DNA of 22,082 bases from Armatimonadota bacterium (GTDB taxonomy: Bacteria; Armatimonadota; Zipacnadia; Zipacnadales; UBA5352), in assembly GCA_034722055.1 (NCBI GenBank), contig JAYENL010000269.1, positions 1-22,082 on the forward strand, written 5' to 3'. The position numbers and the translations under genes were made by a program. The notes beneath the pieces are model-generated. The model searched no databases and had not been told where the DNA came from. It was given only the letters and a program-made list of their open reading frames with translations. Of the stretch, positions 17,646 to 22,082 are shown in pieces (within the stretch, counting starts at the first letter, position 1; every line of letters begins with the position of its first letter).

Positions 17646-18785
17646 ATGATGCGAAGACCGCTCTGCGCACTCGTGTGCATGGCCCTGCTGTCCGCGGCCG
17701 GCGCCACGGCCGAGCGGGTCACCCTGACGGTGACCAACCCCCTGGAGGTCGCCAGGCAGAATGCCATCTGCGTTGCGCCGGTCTCGCTGCTCGGCCAGAC
17801 TGCTCCCGGCGCCCTCGTCGGCGCCAGCAGCATGGGACAGAAGGTGCCCGTCCAGCTCGATGACCTCGACGGCGACGGGACCGCCGACGAGCTGGTGATG
17901 GTCCTGGACCTGCCGCCCGGCGATACCAGCGTCTGGGTGGACACGGAGCGCCAGTGGGATGGCGGCGACTGGGCCGACGCGCGCACGAGCTGGCGGTATG
18001 ACAGGTACGCCGCGCTGGACACCGACCGCATGGGCTTCGGCCTCTACGGCAACTACGCGCCGCTGCACTTTATCGGCGCGCTGCAGTGGGACCTCTACGG
18101 CAAGCGCCCGGAGGCCTGGCGGCTGTCCCTCGACGAGCTGGAGAGCATCGACTACCACTCTGACAATCCGGTGGCGGTTGACATGCTCCTCGTCGGCAAC
18201 ACGGTGGCCCTGGGCGGGCCTCTCATGGGCGATTCACGCCCGGTCGCGGATGACAACGCCACGCATGTGTGCCGGCTCCTGTGCAACGGTCCGGTCCGCG
18301 CGGGGCTGGAGGTGCAGGTGGACGACTGGGAGACGGATGCCGGCGGCCTCTACGACGCCACCATCCGCTACCTCGTCTACGCCCACCACGCCTTCATCGA
18401 CGCCACCTTCAGCATTGATCCACAGCGCGACGGCCCCGGCGCCTTCGGCGTCGGCGTCCGCCGCATTCCCAATGCCAAGGCCTTCCTGGCCAGCGAGGAG
18501 GAGGGGATCCTGGGGCTGATGGGCCAGCAGGAGGGCATTATCGGCAGGACCGGCCTGGGCGTGCTCTTCGACCCCGAGCGCTTCCTGCGCTGGGACATGC
18601 AGTCGGGCGAGGCGGACGGGCACATCGTCTACCTCTCGCCCGAGCCCGAGGGGGGGCCGGTGACCTACCGGACTCGGCTGGTCGGCGTCTGGAGCGAGGG
18701 CGGAATGGCCGACAGCGACAGCTTCCTCGGCCATCTGCACGATCTGGCGGACCGCTTCCACAACCCGGTGACCGCCACGCGCTGA
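17646..18785 (+). CDS. secreted DUF4861 family protein
   Basis: Signal peptide; VTNPLEVAR..VPVQLDDLDGDGTADEL; WDLYGKR; YHSD..DMLLVGNTVALGG; NGPVRA. Confidence 0.8.
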   Translation: MMRRPLCALVCMALLSAAGATAERVTLTVTNPLEVARQNAICVAPVSLLGQTAPGALVGASSMGQKVPVQLDDLDGDGTADELVMVLDLPPGDTSVWVDTERQWDGGDWADARTSWRYDRYAALDTDRMGFGLYGNYAPLHFIGALQWDLYGKRPEAWRLSLDELESIDYHSDNPVAVDMLLVGNTVALGGPLMGDSRPVADDNATHVCRLLCNGPVRAGLEVQVDDWETDAGGLYDATIRYLVYAHHAFIDATFSIDPQRDGPGAFGVGVRRIPNAKAFLASEEEGILGLMGQQEGIIGRTGLGVLFDPERFLRWDMQSGEADGHIVYLSPEPEGGPVTYRTRLVGVWSEGGMADSDSFLGHLHDLADRFHNPVTATR

Positions 18786-18877
18786 CCGCCGCGCAGCCGG
18801 AGCAGGCGTATCAAACGGCCCGAGCCGCCACGCCGGCGCCGGGCCGCATTCATGGACCGCGAACTGGAGATGACGCT

Positions 18878-19663
18878 GTGAAGATCGGCATTCGCAACGG
18901 CTCGATGGGCTTCCCCGGTATGGCGGACCTGTTTCCGCAGGTGGCAGAGATCGGCTTCGACGGCGTGGAGCTGGACATCCGCGCCGACTACGAGAATGAG
19001 GCCGTCCTCTCGGCCCGGGAGCGGGCCGAGATCAAGCGGCTCTCAGAGGAGACCGGCGTTGAGGTGCCATCGCTGTGCGTCGGCGCGCTGTGGAGGTACA
19101 GCCCGGCGGCGAGCGATGACACGCTGCTGGATACGGCCAGGCATCTCCTGACCGCCAGCATCCAGGCGGCCGCCGACCTCGGCGCCGAGTGGATCCTGGT
19201 GCCCGTCACGCCGGCTGAGGAGGAGATCAGCCACGCGGAGTGCACTGCGCGGTGGATTCGCGAGATGGCGGCCATCGGCCCGGTGGCGCAGGAGGCCGGC
19301 GTGATACTGTGCCTCGAGAACGTCGGCCGGGGCTGCGGCAAGTCCGCCGAGGAGCTCCGGACCCTCGCGGAGGGCGCCGACAGCTCTGCGGTCGCCACCT
19401 ACTACGACATCGGCAACGCCACCGCCTTCGGCAACGACCCGGTGGCCGAGATCCGCGATCTGGGCGATCTCATCGGCGTGGTGCACGTCAAGGACCGCGA
19501 GGCCGACCTGCTGGGGGAGGGCATCGTGGACATTCCGGCCTGCCTGGAGGCCCTGCGGGAGATCGGCTATGATGGCTGGCTGATCCTGGAGACGCCGCCC
19601 ACCGACGATGCCATGCGGGCGGGCAGGCACAACCTGCAGTACCTACGGGACCTCGTGTCGTAG
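18878..19663 (+). CDS. sugar phosphate isomerase/epimerase (xylose isomerase-like TIM barrel)
   Basis: GFDGVEL, LCLENV, YYDIGN, VHVKD, LGEGIVD, GYDGWLILE metal-ligand motifs; GTG start after GGAG. Confidence 0.92.
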   Translation: MKIGIRNGSMGFPGMADLFPQVAEIGFDGVELDIRADYENEAVLSARERAEIKRLSEETGVEVPSLCVGALWRYSPAASDDTLLDTARHLLTASIQAAADLGAEWILVPVTPAEEEISHAECTARWIREMAAIGPVAQEAGVILCLENVGRGCGKSAEELRTLAEGADSSAVATYYDIGNATAFGNDPVAEIRDLGDLIGVVHVKDREADLLGEGIVDIPACLEALREIGYDGWLILETPPTDDAMRAGRHNLQYLRDLVS

Positions 19664-19856
19664 CGACTTCTCGCCGAAGTCCTGGGGTGTTGCAGACGGG
19701 TGGACGCCGGGCGCGCAGCGGACACGAGGGCGCCGACGTGACTGCAGACGGCCGGGCGAGCAGGGAAGCTCGCCCCTCCTGACGGCTCTGCATCTTGCGG
19801 GAGGGAACGATGACACCATTCATCTAATCCGACTCGATGCAGGAGGACGATGAGCA

Positions 19857-20486
19857 ATGTGCAGGCAGTGGCGTCAACTGCTCGTGGGGATTGTCGCCGC
19901 CCTGCTGTTCACGGCGACGCTGTGCTGTGCCCAGGACGATGAGGGGGGCGAGGCAGCGCAGGACGACGTGGAGCGCCTCCAGCGCGAGCGCATTGAGCAT
20001 CTCCGCGAGATGGCGCGTCAGCAGGCGGCGGGGCCCCAGAGGTACGTTATCCAGCTCCCGGGCGAGGGCCAGATGGCCCGCATCGGCGGCCCGCCGGCAC
20101 CGGAGATGGTGCCGGCGCAGCTCCACGTGGTGGGGGACTACGTCTACGTGGTGCGCGGCTGGATGCTCCGCCAGTACCTGGCCGATGACCGGCTTGAGCT
20201 GCAGGCGGCGGTAGATCTGCGCAGTGAGGACGAACTGCCGCCTGAGGGCGGCCCGCCAGCGATGCGCCGAGGGCCGGACGCCGCGGCGGTTCCGGTCCAC
20301 GTGCGGTTCTCGGCCAACGGCGACTTGATCTACGTGCTGCGCGGGTACATCCTGCGACAGTTCCTCGCCGAAGGCATGCAGCAGATGGCTGAGTTCGACC
20401 TCCGGACCGAGGAGGAGAGGCGACGCCCGCGCATCCAGATGCGGATGGGACCGTTCCCGGAGCGCCCGCCGCCGGACGCTCAGTGA
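19857..20486 (+). CDS. secreted hypothetical protein with two internal repeats
   Basis: AGGAGG at 19841; signal-like N-terminus; two copies of GDxxYVxRGxxLRQxLA..xDLRxExE. Confidence 0.75.
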   Translation: MCRQWRQLLVGIVAALLFTATLCCAQDDEGGEAAQDDVERLQRERIEHLREMARQQAAGPQRYVIQLPGEGQMARIGGPPAPEMVPAQLHVVGDYVYVVRGWMLRQYLADDRLELQAAVDLRSEDELPPEGGPPAMRRGPDAAAVPVHVRFSANGDLIYVLRGYILRQFLAEGMQQMAEFDLRTEEERRRPRIQMRMGPFPERPPPDAQ

Positions 20487-20543
20487 GCGAGCTGCCTTGC
20501 ATCCCGACCGCCAGCCTCTCCCGCGTCGATGCAGCCGTCTCGC

Positions 20544-21647
20544 TCACCACATCTCGACGGCGGTCTCGATCATGGCGACGTAGTTGTTGACCGTGAGCGG
20601 CGTGAGCTCACCGGTGTGAGGTGAGGCGCTGGGGCAGAGGATAAAGCCTCCGCCTGGCGCGCCCACCTCACAGGTGTGCTTGACCTTCTCGACGAGGACA
20701 TCGGTCGGATCGTGGTAGAGGTCGCCGATCTGGATGTTCCCCTCCAGGCAGACGCGGTCCCCGATGCGGCGCTCGGCGTCCTCGAAGGGCACGTCCCCCA
20801 GCGGGGGCGGCTCGATGGGGTGCAGGCAGTTGGCCCCCAGCTCCACGAAGTCCTCCAGAATGTGGCTGATGGGCCCGTGGCAGTGAATGTGGCGGAGCAT
20901 GCCCGCCTCCTGCAGGCGGTCCCGGACCGGCAGGCCGGGCTTGACCACGAACTCCCGGAAGTCCCGCGCCCCCGCCAGCGGCGGCGTCATGTACTCCTCA
21001 CCCGCGCTGGCGTAGACCGGCCCCACGCCGGCCTCGATGGCGTAGTCGAGCATGTCCAGCGTGCGCTCCAGGAAGACATCGACCATGCGGTTGACCGTCT
21101 CTCGCTCTGTCAGCGACCACACCGCCAGCAGGTCTGAGCCGGTCAGCAGCGCCAGCGTGTAGATGGGCACGGGGATCGCGCACATCACGATCCCGTCGTC
21201 CCCGATCTCCTCGTCCAGCTCGAAGAACCGCGACGGGTCCGGCCGCACCGGCTCGTAGGGGACCGAGAGCACCTTCTCCAGGTCCTCCAGGCTCTTCACG
21301 GGGAACTCGATCTGCAGGCCGGGCAGGCCGCGGGTGCTGGTCTTGCGGGTCGCCGTCAGCTCTCCTGCGGGCGTGTGTATGACCGTGCGGTGGATGATCC
21401 AGTCGCCCGCATCCTCTGAGGTGGTCTCCTCCTCCACGGGATGACCCGTCAGGAACCTGCCGCCGCCCAGCCCGAAGCCCACCTCGTAGTCGCCGTACTC
21501 CCGCACGGCCTCGATGACCGGTTGGTAGCTCTCGTGACGGGTTGCGCACCACTGCTCGTCCCAGGCCCGCACCCCCCGCACGTACATCGGGAAGTGGTCG
21601 GTCTCCTCGATCCGAAAGGCGGCCAGCATGCGCTCGCGGGACGTCAT
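20544..21647 (-). CDS. uroporphyrinogen decarboxylase (UroD/MtaA-like) family protein
   Basis: MTSRERMLAA..D; TPAGELT; HIHCHG; LHPIEPPPLGD; CLEGNI; GGGFILCPS; GGAGG RBS. Confidence 0.88.
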   Translation of the reverse strand: MTSRERMLAAFRIEETDHFPMYVRGVRAWDEQWCATRHESYQPVIEAVREYGDYEVGFGLGGGRFLTGHPVEEETTSEDAGDWIIHRTVIHTPAGELTATRKTSTRGLPGLQIEFPVKSLEDLEKVLSVPYEPVRPDPSRFFELDEEIGDDGIVMCAIPVPIYTLALLTGSDLLAVWSLTERETVNRMVDVFLERTLDMLDYAIEAGVGPVYASAGEEYMTPPLAGARDFREFVVKPGLPVRDRLQEAGMLRHIHCHGPISHILEDFVELGANCLHPIEPPPLGDVPFEDAERRIGDRVCLEGNIQIGDLYHDPTDVLVEKVKHTCEVGAPGGGFILCPSASPHTGELTPLTVNNYVAMIETAVEMW

Positions 21648-21759
21648 GAGCGTCCTCCAGGCGGGGAGCTGTGGCGGCAGGGCGCGCCTTCGCCGCCCTC
21701 CCGGGGCGCCCCTTCATCCTCAGGTACCGTGGTCATGCGGTGCGGCGGCGTCTGATGCA

Positions 21760-21843
21760 TGTCGGGCTGGAAGCTGAGAGTGCGCGGTCGCGCGCTCTCA
21801 CCTGCGCCTGACAAATGACGTCAGGCGCAGGCCGACCTACGCG
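21760..21843. repeat. 84-bp composite element, copy 2
   Basis: Direct repeat of 13750-13833, offset 8010 bp. Confidence 0.9.
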
Positions 21844-21929
21844 GACAACGCGCGTAACGAGTGCATGACAACCCCCCGGTGGTCATTCGCAGTCGTCTGC
21901 TGCCGCGGCTGTTGTCGTGCCGTACGGAG

Positions 21930-21969
21930 GTCGGGCGTGCCTACGCCCGACGCGGGCCGAAAGGCCCGC
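21930..21969. other. tandem double hairpin (40 nt)
   Basis: GTCGGGCGT-GCCT-ACGCCCGAC immediately followed by GCGGGCC-GAAA-GGCCCGC. Confidence 0.7.
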
Positions 21970-22024
21970 ATCCGTTGCCGTACCATTGAGGGCTGGCTCG
22001 AACGAGAATCGCGCTGCCGGCGAT

Positions 22025-22047
22025 GGCAGGCTGGAAGCCTGCCCCAC
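22025..22047 (-). repeat. REP-like palindrome (GTGG + 8-bp stem + TCC loop on the minus strand)
   Basis: GGCAGGCT-GGA-AGCCTGCC-CCAC on +; same architecture as the REP reconstructed from the composite repeats. Confidence 0.75.
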
Positions 22048-22082
22048 GGGTGTCTCTGGGGCTGCGGCCGTTGGTGCCGTTG

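Noticed and set aside
19760..19800. Cobalamin riboswitch (AGGGAA)
   Set aside because: The downstream GGTG..AATCC and B12-box elements are absent.
13750..21843. The 84-bp direct repeats as ends of an 8-kb mobile element, or as CRISPR repeats
   Set aside because: No integrase, transposase or cas gene; the enclosed genes are ordinary; only two distant copies.

Overview
High-GC bacterial chromosome segment. The gene content (DUF1559 prepilin-like gene with an H-X9-DG C-terminal motif, DUF4838, DUF4091, DUF4861, UroD-like protein) suggests Armatimonadota or a similar lineage; this is an inference. It holds about 16 intact genes: several secreted putative glycan-processing proteins, a GT-B-like protein, the redox repressor Rex, an Fe-S aldo/keto reductase, a DapA-family aldolase, a membrane protein-NfeD-SPFH cluster, a sugar-phosphate isomerase and a UroD-family protein. 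An ECF sigma factor/TPR gene is broken. The most unusual signals are non-coding. (1) The DUF1559 gene is cut at a codon boundary inside its conserved N-terminal helix (expected ...VVIA|IIAILAAILFPV), preceded by a structured sequence whose hairpin loop repeats the junction 8-mer GTCAGATC. This may be an intron-like, insertion or recombination element. (2) Two copies of an 84-bp element are a GTAG-type REP palindrome split by a precise 57-nt double-hairpin insert with structure-preserving substitutions; an unsplit REP and another double hairpin lie nearby. No rRNA, tRNA, CRISPR array or transposase was recognised. All family calls come from motif recognition, not database searches.
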